From a bacterium (lineage in GTDB: Bacteria > UBA8248): DNA of 64,000 nucleotides. Both the position numbers and the translations under genes were made by a program. Of this stretch, positions 19,718 through 32,095 are shown piece after piece (position 1 is the first letter of the stretch; each line of letters opens with the position of its first letter). The DNA is taken from assembly GCA_965207065.1 (NCBI GenBank), contig OZ242260.1, forward strand, positions 2,080,001 through 2,144,000, given 5' to 3'. The notes below the pieces were generated by a model. That model was given only the letters and a program-made list of their open reading frames with translations. It was not told the origin of the DNA and ran no database searches.

Positions 19718-20527
19718 ATGTCAGGCCTCCCGACGGAGCCGGCCGACCTCGCCGACGTGCAGGCGAGTTCCGATGAGCGCAACGTCAAGATAGACAAGGT
19801 GGGTGTCAAGAACATCCGCTACCCCATCGTGGTGAAGGACAGGGCGAAGGACGCCCAGCACACCATCGGCAACGTCAACATGTATGTGGATCTGCCGCAC
19901 CACTTCAAGGGCACCCACATGAGCCGTTTCCTGGAAGTGTTGAACGAGCACACCGACGCCATCGGCGTGGACAGCGTGCCCTCGCTCCTGCAGACGATTC
20001 GCGAGCGCCTGGACGCCCAGACGGCGCATTTTTCCGTCACTTTTCCCTACTTCATGCAAAAGGCCGCCCCGGTGACGGGCGCCGAGGGCCTGATGGCCCT
20101 CGAGTGCGGTTTCGACGCTTCGGCGGGGGCCGTGGACGACTTCATCCTGAGCATCATGGTGCGCATTGCCACCCTGTGTCCGTGTTCCAAGGAGATCAGC
20201 CTGCGCGGCGCGCACAACCAGCGGGGGCACGTGCGCATCAAGGTGCGCTTCGACGGCGAGTTCTGGATAGAGGAGCTCGTCGAGGTTGCCGAGAGCGCGG
20301 GCAGTTGCGCACTCTATCCTATACTCAAGCGCGAAGATGAAAAATTCGTCACCGAGACGGCTTTCGACAACCCCCGCTTCGTGGAGGACGTGGTGCGCGA
20401 GGCGGCCCTTCTGCTCAGAAACGACAAGCGCATCCGGTGGTTCCAGGTGGAGGTCGAGAATTTCGAGTCCATCCACGACCACAACGCCTACGCCTTCATC
20501 GAGGAAGAGGTCAGCCACAAGGAGTAG
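19718..20527 (+). CDS. folE2: GTP cyclohydrolase IB
   Basis: KGTHMSRF, TLCPCSKEIS..GAHNQRG, NPRFVEDVVR, ESIH.HNA. Confidence 0.96.
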   Translation: MSGLPTEPADLADVQASSDERNVKIDKVGVKNIRYPIVVKDRAKDAQHTIGNVNMYVDLPHHFKGTHMSRFLEVLNEHTDAIGVDSVPSLLQTIRERLDAQTAHFSVTFPYFMQKAAPVTGAEGLMALECGFDASAGAVDDFILSIMVRIATLCPCSKEISLRGAHNQRGHVRIKVRFDGEFWIEELVEVAESAGSCALYPILKREDEKFVTETAFDNPRFVEDVVREAALLLRNDKRIRWFQVEVENFESIHDHNAYAFIEEEVSHKE

Positions 20528-20657
20528 TTCGTTTCTATATATTCACCTCTTTCTAATCTCACTATTAAAATCTCACGCTTTTCTCGCGCCGGAAAATCCC
20601 TTATAACCATCCTTTGGTTCGGGATTGAACCTTTAAGCATTTGATTCGGGGCGGCTT

Positions 20658-23600
20658 ATGGACGTACATACACGGAAAAAGCGGATAGACGCGCTCATGG
20701 AGCTTTTAGAGTCGCGCATCGTGATCATCGACGGTGCGATGGGCACCATGCTCCAGGACGAGAAATTGAGCGAGGCCGCCTACAGGGGCGAGCGCTTCGC
20801 AGATCACCCCTGCGACTTGAAGGGCAACCACGATCTGCTCAGCATCACGCAGCCCGACGTCGTCAGGCGTATTCACGACGATTTCCTCGAAGCGGGCGCG
20901 GACATCATCGAGACCAACTCGTTCAACTCCACGGCCATCTCCATGGCGGACTACCAGATGGAGGATATGGTTTATGAGATGAACGAGACTTCGGCGCGCC
21001 TGGCCCGTGAGGCCGCGGACGCCTTCGAGCGCGCGCATACAGGGGAGCCGCGCTTCGTGGCCGGCGTTTTGGGACCCACGAACCGCACCGCCTCCATCTC
21101 GCCGAGGGTGAACGAGCCGGGCTTCAGGAACATCAGCTTTGAAGACCTGGTGGCGGCCTACACCACCTCGATTCGCGGCCTCGTCACGGGCGGCGCCGAT
21201 CTGCTCCTGGTCGAGACCGTATTCGACACGCTGAATTGCAAGGCCGTCATGTTCGCGGCCGAGCAGTATTTCGAGGACGATGGCGTTCGCGTTCCCGTCA
21301 TGATTTCGGGGACCATCACCGACGCGAGCGGGCGCACCCTTTCGGGCCAGACGACCGAGGCGTTCTGGAACTCCGTCGTGGGCTACCGGCCCATCTGCGT
21401 GGGGCTCAACTGCGCCCTGGGAGCCGAGGATTTGCGTCCCTACATACGTGAGCTCTCCCGCGTGGCCGACGTTCCTGTGAGCATCTACCCCAACGCGGGT
21501 CTTCCCAACGAATTCGGCGAATACGACGACACGCCTGAATATATGGCCGAGGTGCTCGCTGAATTCGCCCGGAGCGGTTTTCTGAACCTGGTGGGCGGCT
21601 GCTGCGGCACCAGGCCCGAGCACATTCGCGCTCTCAAGGAAGCGGTGGAAGGCTTCGCCCCGCGCCGGATACCCGAAATTCCGCCGCGCTGCCGCCTGAG
21701 CGGTCTCGAGCCGCTGAACATCGGCCCCGAGACGGGGTTCGTGAACGTGGGCGAGCGCACCAACGTTGCGGGCTCGGCGCGCTTCGCAAAGCTCATCCGC
21801 GAGGGCGACTACGAGAAGGCGCTCGAAGTCGCCCGCCAGCAGGTGGAAAACGGCGCGCAGCTTATCGACGTGAACATGGACGAGGGGATGCTCGACTCAG
21901 AGGAGGCGATGGCCACCTTCCTGAAGCTCATCGCCGCGGAACCCGACATCAGCCGCGTGCCCGTGATGATCGATTCTTCCAAGTGGGAGGTCATCGAGGC
22001 GGGGCTCAAGTGCCTGCAGGGGAAGCCCATCGTCAACTCCATCAGCCTGAAAGAAGGCGAAGGGCCTTTTATCGAGCAGGCGCGGCTCGTGAAGCGCTAC
22101 GGCGCGGCCGTTTTGGTGATGGCCTTCGATGAGCAGGGTCAGGCGGAGAGCGCAGAGCGCAAGTTCGAGATTTGCGAGCGCGCGTATCGGATTCTCACGC
22201 GCGATGTGGGCTTCTCCCCAAACGACGTCATCTTCGACCCCAACATTTTCGCCGTCGCCACCGGCATCGAGGAACACAACGGATACGCCGCCGCCTACTT
22301 CGAGGCCGTCACGCGCATCAAGACCGAACTCCCCGGCGCGCTCGTGAGCGGGGGAGTGAGCAACGTCTCCTTCTCCTTCAGGGGGAACAACGGCGTGCGC
22401 GAGGCCATGCACTCGGCGTTTTTGTACCACGCCATCCAGAACGGAATGGACATGGGTATCGTGAACGCGGGCCAGCTCGCGGTGTATCAGGAAGTCCCTG
22501 CAGATCTGCTCGAAAGAATCGAGGACGTGCTCTTGAACCGCCGCGCGGACGCCACCGAACGCCTCCTTGAGGTGGCCGAGGGCGTGAAGGGCAAGGCGAA
22601 ATCACGGGCCGAGAACCTCGCCTGGCGCGAACGGCCGGTGAACGAACGCCTGTCCCACGCGCTGGTGGAGGGAATTACGCAGTACATCGTGGAGGATACC
22701 GAAGAAGCCCGTCTCGCGGCGGCGCACCCCATCGAGGTCATTGAGGGCCCGCTCATGGACGGCATGAACGTTGTGGGCGAGTTGTTCGGTTCGGGCAAGA
22801 TGTTCCTTCCCCAGGTGGTCAAGAGCGCCCGGGTGATGAAGACCGCCGTCGCCCATCTGGTCCCCTTCCTGGAGGCGGAAAAGGTCGAGGGTGAGGACCG
22901 CTCGAACGGAAAGGCGCTTCTCGCCACGGTGAAGGGCGACGTTCACGACATCGGCAAGAACATCGTGGGTGTCGTGCTGCAGTGCAACAACTACGATGTC
23001 ATCGACCTTGGCGTTATGACCCCTTGCGCGAAGATTCTCCAGACCGCGCGCGAGGAGGGCGTGGACGTCATCGGACTGAGCGGCCTCATCACCCCCTCGC
23101 TCGACGAGATGGTGACCGTGGCGGGCGAGATGGAGCGTCTGGGGTTCGAGGTTCCCCTGCTGATAGGCGGAGCGACGACCTCGCGGGTGCACACCGCCGT
23201 CAAGATTGCGCCGGGCTACAGCGGACCGACGGTCTACGTGGAGGACGCATCGAGGAGCGTGGGCGTAATGAGCAATATCATGAGTGGTACCCAGCGCGAG
23301 GCTTTTCTCGCCGCAAGGCGCGAGGAATACGAAGGCGTGCGCGAGCGCCACGAGGCGCGGCGCGCCCATGCGGAGTTCTGCTCTTTGGAGGAAGCCCGCG
23401 AGAATCGCCTGCAAATCGATTGGGCGGGGGCAACGCCTCCTGTTCCGGACGTTCAGGGAGTGCGCGTGTTCGAGGACTACCCGCTGGCTGATTTGAGGGA
23501 TCGTATCGACTGGACGCCTTTTTTCCAGACTTGGGAGTTGAGCGGCTCCTATCCCGCGATACTCAAAGACCCGGTGGTGGGCGAGGCGGCGCTCAGTCTT

Positions 23601-24431
23601 TATCAGGACGCGCAGGAGATGCTCGAGCGCATCATCGAGCGGCGCTCACTTGAGGCGAAGGCGGTCATGGGCCTGTTCCCGGCGAATTCGGTGGGCGACG
23701 ACGTGGAGATTTATGCGGATTCCGGGAGGAGCGAGGTGCTCGCCGTGGCCCGCTTCCTGCGCCAGCAGATGCGGAAATCAACGAGGAGCGCGAACATGTG
23801 CCTGGCGGATTTCGTGGCGCCCAGGGAGAGCGGGGTGGCGGATCACATCGGCGCCTTCGTTGTGACGGCGGGTCTGGGCGTGGATGAAGCGGCGGGCGCG
23901 TATGAGCGTGCGAACGACGATTACGGTGCCATCATGATAAAGGCCCTGGCCGACAGACTGGCCGAGGCGTTCGCCGAGCGCCTTCACGAGCGCGTGCGCA
24001 AGGAGTTCTGGGGGTACGCTCACGACGAGGGGTTGGGCAACGAGGCGTTCATCAAGGAGAGATACCAGGGCATCCGCCCCGCGCCGGGTTATCCGGCGTG
24101 TCCGGATCATACCGAAAAGCAGACCCTCTTCGACCTTGTCGACGCGGGGGGTAATGCGGGGGTGAAGCTCACCGAGAGCTTCGCCATGTGGCCCGCCGCC
24201 TCGGTGAGCGGGTGGTATTTCTCACATCCCGAGTCGAGGTATTTCGGCGTCGGCAAAATCGGCAGGGATCAGGTGCGCGACTACGCCTCGAGAAAGGGCA
24301 TGGAGCCCGCCTTCGCCGAGCGGTGGCTCGCCTCTTCTTTGAACTACGAGGTCTCCCGCCCGAAAAGGGATGCGGAGAATACCACCGGGAGCGAAACGCC
24401 CACAGAGCGCCGCTCACCCCTGACCCCTTGA
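20658..24431 (+). CDS. metH: Cobalamin-dependent methionine synthase
   Basis: [39 protein letters not shown]. Confidence 0.98.
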   Translation: MDVHTRKKRIDALMELLESRIVIIDGAMGTMLQDEKLSEAAYRGERFADHPCDLKGNHDLLSITQPDVVRRIHDDFLEAGADIIETNSFNSTAISMADYQMEDMVYEMNETSARLAREAADAFERAHTGEPRFVAGVLGPTNRTASISPRVNEPGFRNISFEDLVAAYTTSIRGLVTGGADLLLVETVFDTLNCKAVMFAAEQYFEDDGVRVPVMISGTITDASGRTLSGQTTEAFWNSVVGYRPICVGLNCALGAEDLRPYIRELSRVADVPVSIYPNAGLPNEFGEYDDTPEYMAEVLAEFARSGFLNLVGGCCGTRPEHIRALKEAVEGFAPRRIPEIPPRCRLSGLEPLNIGPETGFVNVGERTNVAGSARFAKLIREGDYEKALEVARQQVENGAQLIDVNMDEGMLDSEEAMATFLKLIAAEPDISRVPVMIDSSKWEVIEAGLKCLQGKPIVNSISLKEGEGPFIEQARLVKRYGAAVLVMAFDEQGQAESAERKFEICERAYRILTRDVGFSPNDVIFDPNIFAVATGIEEHNGYAAAYFEAVTRIKTELPGALVSGGVSNVSFSFRGNNGVREAMHSAFLYHAIQNGMDMGIVNAGQLAVYQEVPADLLERIEDVLLNRRADATERLLEVAEGVKGKAKSRAENLAWRERPVNERLSHALVEGITQYIVEDTEEARLAAAHPIEVIEGPLMDGMNVVGELFGSGKMFLPQVVKSARVMKTAVAHLVPFLEAEKVEGEDRSNGKALLATVKGDVHDIGKNIVGVVLQCNNYDVIDLGVMTPCAKILQTAREEGVDVIGLSGLITPSLDEMVTVAGEMERLGFEVPLLIGGATTSRVHTAVKIAPGYSGPTVYVEDASRSVGVMSNIMSGTQREAFLAARREEYEGVRERHEARRAHAEFCSLEEARENRLQIDWAGATPPVPDVQGVRVFEDYPLADLRDRIDWTPFFQTWELSGSYPAILKDPVVGEAALSLYQDAQEMLERIIERRSLEAKAVMGLFPANSVGDDVEIYADSGRSEVLAVARFLRQQMRKSTRSANMCLADFVAPRESGVADHIGAFVVTAGLGVDEAAGAYERANDDYGAIMIKALADRLAEAFAERLHERVRKEFWGYAHDEGLGNEAFIKERYQGIRPAPGYPACPDHTEKQTLFDLVDAGGNAGVKLTESFAMWPAASVSGWYFSHPESRYFGVGKIGRDQVRDYASRKGMEPAFAERWLASSLNYEVSRPKRDAENTTGSETPTERRSPLTP

Positions 24432-24609
24432 CTTTCGTTTCCACATCGCGCATCACGCCCGTGCGGATGGCCGCGTTGGGGTTTCCCCGTTGACGGCCCG
24501 TCCCTGTGCGACTAGATTGAGAGGCGCGTAATCCCGGCCCGGGGGACTCTCTGCGGGCGGTGGATTCAAGAGTGATTTTCGAGTATAAGCCTTTGCTCGC
24601 CAAATGGAT

Positions 24610-24694
24610 GCGAGGGTGGCGGAACTGGTAGACGCGCTGGATTTAGGATCCAGTGCCTTCGGGCGTGGGGGTTCGAGTCCCCCCCTTCGCACCA
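24610..24694 (+). tRNA. tRNA-Leu(TAG)
   Basis: Cloverleaf with long variable arm, CTGGA-TTTAGGA-TCCAG anticodon arm, GTTCGAGT, CCA end. Confidence 0.96.
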
Positions 24695-24755
24695 AATGCC
24701 TTGATTTTTTCATGTTGAACGATTTTGATTGCATTTTGATTCTGGAGAGTGAGGA

Positions 24756-26132
24756 ATGACCGGGACAGTGAGCGACATCGACGCCTGCACGAAGCGTCTC
24801 GAAGTCGCCGTTCCACGCGCCGAAGTCGCCGACGAGATAGAGCGCGCCTACAGGCGGCTCTCGGGGCGCGTGAAGATGAAGGGTTTCCGGAAGGGGAAAA
24901 TCCCTCGCCGCGTGCTCGAGCGCTACTACGGCGAGGAGGTGCAGGCGGAGGTTCTGAACCACGTGATTTCGACTTCCTACCGCAGCCTGCTGGAGGACAG
25001 GGGCATGCGTCCGGTGGGCGAGCCGAACGTGACCGACATCAATATGGACGACGACGCGCCCGAGTTGACGTACAAGGCGACGGTGGAGGTCATCCCCCCC
25101 TTCGAACTCGGCGAGTACAAGGGCCTTAAACTTAAGGTCCACCGCCAAACGGTGACGGACGAGAATGTCGATCAGCAGATCGAGGCGCTCCGGCAGCGGG
25201 CCGCCACCTTCGAGGACGTGGACAGGGAGGCCCGGTCGGGAGACTACGTTCTCTTCGACATCGAGGGCTTCGAGGACGACAAGGCCGTGCCCGGCACCCG
25301 GGGGGAGAACCAGGCCCTCATGATCGGCGGCGATGAGAGCGAAAAGGAGTTGAGCGACGCGCTCACCGGCATGCGGATCGGCGAGGAGGCGGACGTCGAG
25401 GTCGACGTTCCCGAGGGCGCCTCGCCCAACATTGCGGGCAAGAGCTTGCGGTTCCACCTGCATCTGAAGGAGATCAAGGAAGCGCATCCGCCCGAGTTGG
25501 ACGAGGAATTCGTAAAATCCTTGGGCAGAGGCTATACGAGCACGGAGGATCTACGGGCGGACGTCGTCAAAGAGATGGAATCCATGGAGGATTCCAATGC
25601 GCGCGGACACGGAATCTCGGAGCTTCTGGCCGCTCTCCTGGAGGCGCATCCTTTCGAGGTGCCTCCCACGCTGGTCAAGGGGGAGGCGGATGAGCAGATA
25701 CGCGAATACGAGCGCAGGATGCGCCAGGAAAACCCCGACGTTCAGCTTTCCGAAGCCAGGATTGAGGAGTTGCGCGAGGAGGTAAGACCCCAGGCCGAGG
25801 AGCAAGTGCGCCGGCTCATCCTCGTGGAGCGCATCCGCGAGGCCGAGGAAATCGAGGCGAGCGCCGAGGAGGTCGAAGCGCAGCTCAGAGTCTCGGCCGC
25901 GCGCTACGGCATGACGCCCGAGAAACTTCGCGAGAGAATGATGACGACCGGGGCGATGGCCTCGCTCGTCTCGAACATCAACTACAACAAGACGGTGAGT
26001 TGGCTGTATGATCAGGCCGACGTGGAATTCGACGTTCACGATGCCGCCGAACATGAAGCGCATTCCCACGACTCCGAGGAGGGGTCGGGGGAGGATCAAG
26101 CGCCGGACGGCGATTCGAAAGAGGATGGATAA
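24756..26132 (+). CDS. tig: Trigger factor
   Basis: GFRKGKIP motif; tig-clpP-clpX synteny. Confidence 0.94.
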   Translation: MTGTVSDIDACTKRLEVAVPRAEVADEIERAYRRLSGRVKMKGFRKGKIPRRVLERYYGEEVQAEVLNHVISTSYRSLLEDRGMRPVGEPNVTDINMDDDAPELTYKATVEVIPPFELGEYKGLKLKVHRQTVTDENVDQQIEALRQRAATFEDVDREARSGDYVLFDIEGFEDDKAVPGTRGENQALMIGGDESEKELSDALTGMRIGEEADVEVDVPEGASPNIAGKSLRFHLHLKEIKEAHPPELDEEFVKSLGRGYTSTEDLRADVVKEMESMEDSNARGHGISELLAALLEAHPFEVPPTLVKGEADEQIREYERRMRQENPDVQLSEARIEELREEVRPQAEEQVRRLILVERIREAEEIEASAEEVEAQLRVSAARYGMTPEKLRERMMTTGAMASLVSNINYNKTVSWLYDQADVEFDVHDAAEHEAHSHDSEEGSGEDQAPDGDSKEDG

Positions 26133-26135
26133 ACA

Positions 26136-26786
26136 GTGGCACTCGTACCCATGGTGGTGGAGCAGACGAACAGAGGCGAGCGGGCGTATGACATCTACAG
26201 CCGCCTGCTCAAGGAGAGAATCATCTTTCTGGGCACGGCGATAGACGACACCATCGCGAATCTGGTGACGGCCCAGCTTCTTTTCCTGGAGGCGGAGGAA
26301 CCCGATAGGGATATCGCCATGTACGTGAACAGTCCGGGCGGGGCCGTCACGGCGGGTCTCGCGATTTACGACACGATGCAGTACATCAAGCCTGACGTGT
26401 CGACCATCTGCATCGGCCAGGCGGCGAGCATGGGCGCGCTCCTGCTGACGGCGGGCGCCAAGGGCAAGCGCTACGCCCTGCCCAACTCGCGCATTCTGAT
26501 CCATCAGCCCCTGGGCGGCGTTCAGGGACAGGCGAGCGACATCGACATCCAGGCGCGCGAGATTCTCCGCATGCGCGAAGAACTGAACGACATTCTCGCG
26601 AGACACTCCGGTCAGTCGATCAAGAAGATTGAAAAAGACACCGATCGTGATAATTTTATGACGGCCGAGCAGGCGAAGGACTACGGCCTGCTCGACGACG
26701 TGATCATCGCGCGCTCGGATTCAAAGGGCGGCATACCGGACGTCGGCGGCGATGACGGCACGAATGAGGAGAACAACGGCTCCTAG
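26136..26786 (+). CDS. clpP: ATP-dependent Clp protease proteolytic subunit
   Basis: [26 protein letters not shown]. Confidence 0.98.
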   Translation: MALVPMVVEQTNRGERAYDIYSRLLKERIIFLGTAIDDTIANLVTAQLLFLEAEEPDRDIAMYVNSPGGAVTAGLAIYDTMQYIKPDVSTICIGQAASMGALLLTAGAKGKRYALPNSRILIHQPLGGVQGQASDIDIQAREILRMREELNDILARHSGQSIKKIEKDTDRDNFMTAEQAKDYGLLDDVIIARSDSKGGIPDVGGDDGTNEENNGS

Positions 26787-26838
26787 CCGGAAGCCGGTTT
26801 TGTTTCGGGAAGCGTTCTTCACCGAGGGGGAATGATCG

Positions 26839-28080
<1,242 letters not shown>

Positions 28081-28239
28081 GCCATCTTCCGCATCATTCC
28101 TCCTTCAGTAGAGCGTTTCATGAGCCTCAGGCCGCATATTCCATCTTGCGCGCCTCCAGGGGGTGTCTGCCCCTCGGCGAGGGCTCGTTGGTTTTTTCAT
28201 GAGGGGCGTTATTTTTCATCATCGAGGGGAAAGCGCGCG

Positions 28240-28269
28240 TTGACAATGCGCGGGCCGCTTTCCTATCAT
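28240..28269 (+). promoter_or_regulatory. Sigma70-type promoter for tRNA-Val/thrS
   Basis: TTGACA-18 nt-TATCAT. Confidence 0.65.
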
Positions 28270-28295
28270 TTCGATATACCGGATATGCCGGACAA

Positions 28296-28370
28296 AGGCG
28301 CGTAGCTCAGGGGGAGAGCGCTTGCTTGACACGCAAGAGGTCGGCGGTTCAAAACCGCCCGCGCCTACCA
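28296..28370 (+). tRNA. tRNA-Val(GAC)
   Basis: AGGCGCG/CGCGCCT acceptor stem, CTTGC-TTGACAC-GCAAG anticodon arm, CCA end. Confidence 0.96.
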
Positions 28371-28464
28371 ATTTGGAATTGACGATGAGGCGAATCGCCG
28401 CCGCATCGCGGGGATAATTCGAGGAACTTCAAGAGGAGATTGCGGCGCCAGCCAACGCCCGTTT

Positions 28465-30342
28465 ATGTCTCAGCAAACCAAGCAAAAAGACTTGCCCAAA
28501 AATGCCATCGCACTCAAGATTGACGGCGCGCCCGTTGATTTGAATCGCGGCCTTCCCGACGATGCCGATCCGGAGTTCATCCTCCTCGATTCCGAGGAGG
28601 GCCTGGAGATTCTGCGCCACAGTACGGCGCACCTCATGGCCCAGGCCGTGCAGGAACTCTACCCGGGCGCGCAGCTCACCATCGGCCCCCCGATCGAAAA
28701 CGGGTTTTATTACGACATCGACGTCGACGTCACTTTCACGCCCGAGGATCTGAAGTCGATCGAGGCGAGAATGAAAAAACTCGCCAAAAAGAAATACGCC
28801 ATCGAGCGCGAGGACATCTCCCGCGCGGACGCATTGTCCCTTTTCGGGGAAAGGGGCGAGAACTACAAGATAGAGATGATCCACGACCTGCCCGAAGACG
28901 AGGCGCTTTCCATCTACCGACAGGGCGAATTCGTGGATCTCTGCCGGGGGCCGCACGTGCCCGGCACGGGCTGGCTGCGCAACTTCAAGCTCCTGAGCGT
29001 GGCGGGCGCCTACTGGCGAGGCGACGAGAAGAACAAGATGCTGCAGCGCATCTATGGCACCGCCTTTGCGACGAAAGAAAGCCTGGCCGATCATCTGCAA
29101 ATGCTTCAGGACGCGAAAAAAAGAGACCACCGCGTCATCGGCAAGCAACTCGGCATCTTTCTGGTCGATGAGGATGCGGGCGGCGGCCTCATCTATTGGC
29201 AGCCCCGTGGTACGACGGTCAAGAAGGTGATCGAGCGATTCTGGGAGGATGAGCACGTCAAGCGCGGCTACCAGCTCGTCTCCATCCCTCACATCACGCG
29301 CGACGTGCTCTTCAAGACTTCGGGCCATTATGATTTCTATCGGGAAAACATGTATGTCCTGAACATCGACGAGGATGAATACGTCCTGAAACCCATGAAC
29401 TGCCCGGGCCACATCCTCATCTATCAGCAGAAGATACACAGTTACCGCGACCTGCCCTACCGCCTGGCGGAGCTGGGCACGGTCTACCGCTACGAGCGAA
29501 GCGGCGCGCTGCACGGGATGCTCCGGGTGCGGGGATTCACCCAGGATGACGCGCACATCTTCTGCACGCCGGAACAGGCCGAAGACGAGGTGCTGGGCGT
29601 CATCGATCTGGCGCACTACATGCTGAAGACATTCGGGTATGTGGATTTCGAGACCGAACTCTCGGTGCACGATTCTTCCGATTTCAGCAAGTACGCCGGG
29701 GTGATCGAGGACTGGGAGGCGTCGGAGGCGGCGCTCACCCGCGCGCTCGAGAAGCGAGGCATCTCTTATAAGCGCATCGAGGGCGAGGCGGCGTTCTACG
29801 GCCCGAAAATCGACATCAAGATGCGCGACGCCCTGGGCCGCGGCTGGCAGGGACCCACCATCCAGTTCGACTTCAACCTGCCCAAGCGCTTTGATCTCAA
29901 CTACGTCGGCGCGGACGGTGCGCGTCATAAGGTCATCATGATCCACAGAACCGTCATGGGTTCGATGGAGCGCTTCGTGGGCGGGCTGATCGAACACTAC
30001 GCGGGCGCGTTTCCCACGTGGCTTGCCCCCGAGCAGGCGCGCATCATGACGATCACCGACGATCACATTCCCTACGGCCGCGAGGTGGAGAGCAAGTTGC
30101 TCGCCGCCGGCTTCCGCGCTGAGGGGGATTTCCGAAATGAGAAGATTGGGTATAAAATAAGGGAAGCCCAGAGAGACAAGATACCGTACATGCTCATCCT
30201 TGGCGCGCGCGAAGCGGAAACGGGAGAAGTTTCCTTGAGGCTTCGCGAACAAGGCGACTTAGGGTCCATCTCATTGGAGGAACTTATGCAGAGAATGCGA
30301 AGCGACATCGAGAACAAATCACTCACCGCGGGAGCGGTCTGA
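28465..30342 (+). CDS. thrS: Threonine--tRNA ligase
   Basis: HSTAHLMA, DLCRGPH, KPMNCPGH, RVRGFTQDDAH. Confidence 0.98.
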   Translation: MSQQTKQKDLPKNAIALKIDGAPVDLNRGLPDDADPEFILLDSEEGLEILRHSTAHLMAQAVQELYPGAQLTIGPPIENGFYYDIDVDVTFTPEDLKSIEARMKKLAKKKYAIEREDISRADALSLFGERGENYKIEMIHDLPEDEALSIYRQGEFVDLCRGPHVPGTGWLRNFKLLSVAGAYWRGDEKNKMLQRIYGTAFATKESLADHLQMLQDAKKRDHRVIGKQLGIFLVDEDAGGGLIYWQPRGTTVKKVIERFWEDEHVKRGYQLVSIPHITRDVLFKTSGHYDFYRENMYVLNIDEDEYVLKPMNCPGHILIYQQKIHSYRDLPYRLAELGTVYRYERSGALHGMLRVRGFTQDDAHIFCTPEQAEDEVLGVIDLAHYMLKTFGYVDFETELSVHDSSDFSKYAGVIEDWEASEAALTRALEKRGISYKRIEGEAAFYGPKIDIKMRDALGRGWQGPTIQFDFNLPKRFDLNYVGADGARHKVIMIHRTVMGSMERFVGGLIEHYAGAFPTWLAPEQARIMTITDDHIPYGREVESKLLAAGFRAEGDFRNEKIGYKIREAQRDKIPYMLILGAREAETGEVSLRLREQGDLGSISLEELMQRMRSDIENKSLTAGAV

Positions 30343-30343
30343 T

Positions 30344-31075
30344 ATGGCGTCACGTTTTAGAGGACGGGATATTCACCCGACGGCCACAGGCCCCAGAGCC
30401 AACCGGGACATACGCGTTCCGATGGTGCGGGTCATCGACGAGGACGGTCAGCAGCTCGGCGTACTCCCCGTGGAGGAGGCGGTGGAGGCCGCAGAGGACA
30501 GGGATCTGGACCTCGTCGAGGTATCTCCCAACGCGGACCCGCCCGTATGCAAGATCATGGACCTCGGCCGCTACAAGTACACGCAGCAGAAGAAGGCGCA
30601 GGAAGCCAAGAAGAAACAGCGCGTGGTGGAGGTGAAAGAGGTCAAGCTTCGCATCAAGATCGAAGAGCATGACTACGCGATCAAGAGAAAACACGCGGAG
30701 CGGTTTTTGAACGACGGGAACAAGGCGAAGGTCACCATCATGTTCCGCGGACGCGAGGTAACTCACCCCGACCTGGGGCGAAAACTCTTGGAGAGAATGG
30801 CGAACGAACTCATCGAAATCGGTACGGTGGAGCAGTTCCCCAACCTTGAGGGCCGGAACATGACGATGGTTCTCGCGCCGAAATCGACAAAACCGCCCAA
30901 AAAGGATACAACGCCGCGCAAGAAATCGGGCAGGAAAGCGGAAGACGTCTCGGTGGACGATGGAAAACTGACGGCTCCTCTGGCCGAAGCGCTTAAGGGA
31001 GCGGATATTGAAATCAGCCCGGCTGACGGGGCGGATGACGGGAAATCCGAAGGAGAAGTGAAAGAAGATGCCTAA
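30344..31075 (+). CDS. infC: Translation initiation factor IF-3 with C-terminal extension
   Basis: [28 protein letters not shown]. Confidence 0.96.
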   Translation: MASRFRGRDIHPTATGPRANRDIRVPMVRVIDEDGQQLGVLPVEEAVEAAEDRDLDLVEVSPNADPPVCKIMDLGRYKYTQQKKAQEAKKKQRVVEVKEVKLRIKIEEHDYAIKRKHAERFLNDGNKAKVTIMFRGREVTHPDLGRKLLERMANELIEIGTVEQFPNLEGRNMTMVLAPKSTKPPKKDTTPRKKSGRKAEDVSVDDGKLTAPLAEALKGADIEISPADGADDGKSEGEVKEDA

Positions 31076-31265
31076 GATGAAGACGAACCGCGGAGCGGCC
31101 AAGCGTTTCAAGATAACGGCCACGGGTAAGGTGAAGCGGAACCGCTCCCATCACCGTCATATACTGACGAAGAAGACGACGAAAAGAAAAAGAGAACTCC
31201 GCCACAGCATCATCGCGAATTCCACGGATGCGAAGATGATCAAGCGGCTGATACCTTACATGTAG
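31068..31265 (+). CDS. rpmI: 50S ribosomal protein L35
   Basis: [15 protein letters not shown]. Confidence 0.97.
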   Translation: MPKMKTNRGAAKRFKITATGKVKRNRSHHRHILTKKTTKRKRELRHSIIANSTDAKMIKRLIPYM

Positions 31266-31349
31266 CCTTTTGCAGAAATGGTGATGGCTTCGATCCGGGC
31301 GCACGGGTGACGCTGCGCCTTCATTTCGCCGGAATGGAGTAGCGAAGAG

Positions 31350-31499
31350 ATGAGTAATCCGGTGGGCGCCCTGAATGACTTTATCAAGTCGATCCTGGGC
31401 GGCATCGGGTCAATGGTGGGTGAATATCCTTATGCTGCAGGGGCAGTCCTTATCTTTGCCATAATTCTCAGGCGTACCATCAGGCGCGCCCGAAAGTAG
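31350..31499 (+). CDS. Small putative membrane protein (49 aa), below the ORF-track cutoff
   Basis: GGAG upstream; MSNPVGALNDFIKSILGGIGSMVGEYPYAAGAVLIFAIILRRTIRRARK. Confidence 0.6.
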   Translation: MSNPVGALNDFIKSILGGIGSMVGEYPYAAGAVLIFAIILRRTIRRARK

Positions 31500-31531
31500 C
31501 ACCCCCCTTTCCCTCATTTATCATTTCGGGC

Positions 31532-31560
31532 TTGCGGTCATTCGCGCGTGCGGGTATATT
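31532..31560 (+). promoter_or_regulatory. Putative rplT promoter
   Basis: TTGCGG-17 nt-TATATT. Confidence 0.45.
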
Positions 31561-31649
31561 CCCCTCGGTCGGTCGCCGGAATCGCTTGGGAATACGAGGC
31601 GGCCTCCGTGGGAATGGGAAAAATCAACGATTGAGGGAGTAACCGAATC

Positions 31650-32006
31650 ATGCCGCGTTCGACAGGAAAACCGGCGAGTAGGGAACGACATCGCAGGCTT
31701 CTCAAGGAAGCGAAGGGCTACCGGGGCGCTCGCTCGAAGCGGTTCCGCTCCGCGCGCGAGTCCGTGCATCGCGCCCGCGCCTACGCCTATCGCGACCGCC
31801 GTGTGCGCAAGCGCGAGTTCAGGCGTCTTTGGAATGTTCGCATCAATGCGGCGGCCCGGCTGCATGGTCTCAATTACAGCCGTTTCATCTGGGGGCTGGG
31901 CCAGGCGGGCGTGGAGGTGAACCGCAAGATTCTGGCCGAATTGGCGATAGAGGATCCTCAGGCTTTCGGTAAACTCGTGGAAATCGCCAAGGCGCAGGCC
32001 GCTTAG
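31650..32006 (+). CDS. rplT: 50S ribosomal protein L20
   Basis: [29 protein letters not shown]. Confidence 0.98.
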   Translation: MPRSTGKPASRERHRRLLKEAKGYRGARSKRFRSARESVHRARAYAYRDRRVRKREFRRLWNVRINAAARLHGLNYSRFIWGLGQAGVEVNRKILAELAIEDPQAFGKLVEIAKAQAA

Positions 32007-32029
32007 AGCCGGGCGAGAAAAGATGCTTC

Positions 32030-32060
32030 AGGCTCCACCCTGGCGGGTGGGGCCTTTTTT
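32030..32060 (+). terminator. Rho-independent terminator after rplT
   Basis: AGGCTCCACCC-TGGC-GGGTGGGGCCT followed by a T run. Confidence 0.8.
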
Positions 32061-32095
32061 GTGTGACCCCCGTAAATTGGAATTGAGGAACGAGC

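Noticed and set aside
19604-20657. Riboswitch (ZTP, SAM or cobalamin) before folE2 or metH
   Set aside because: No recognisable consensus by eye; an Rfam scan would be needed to exclude it
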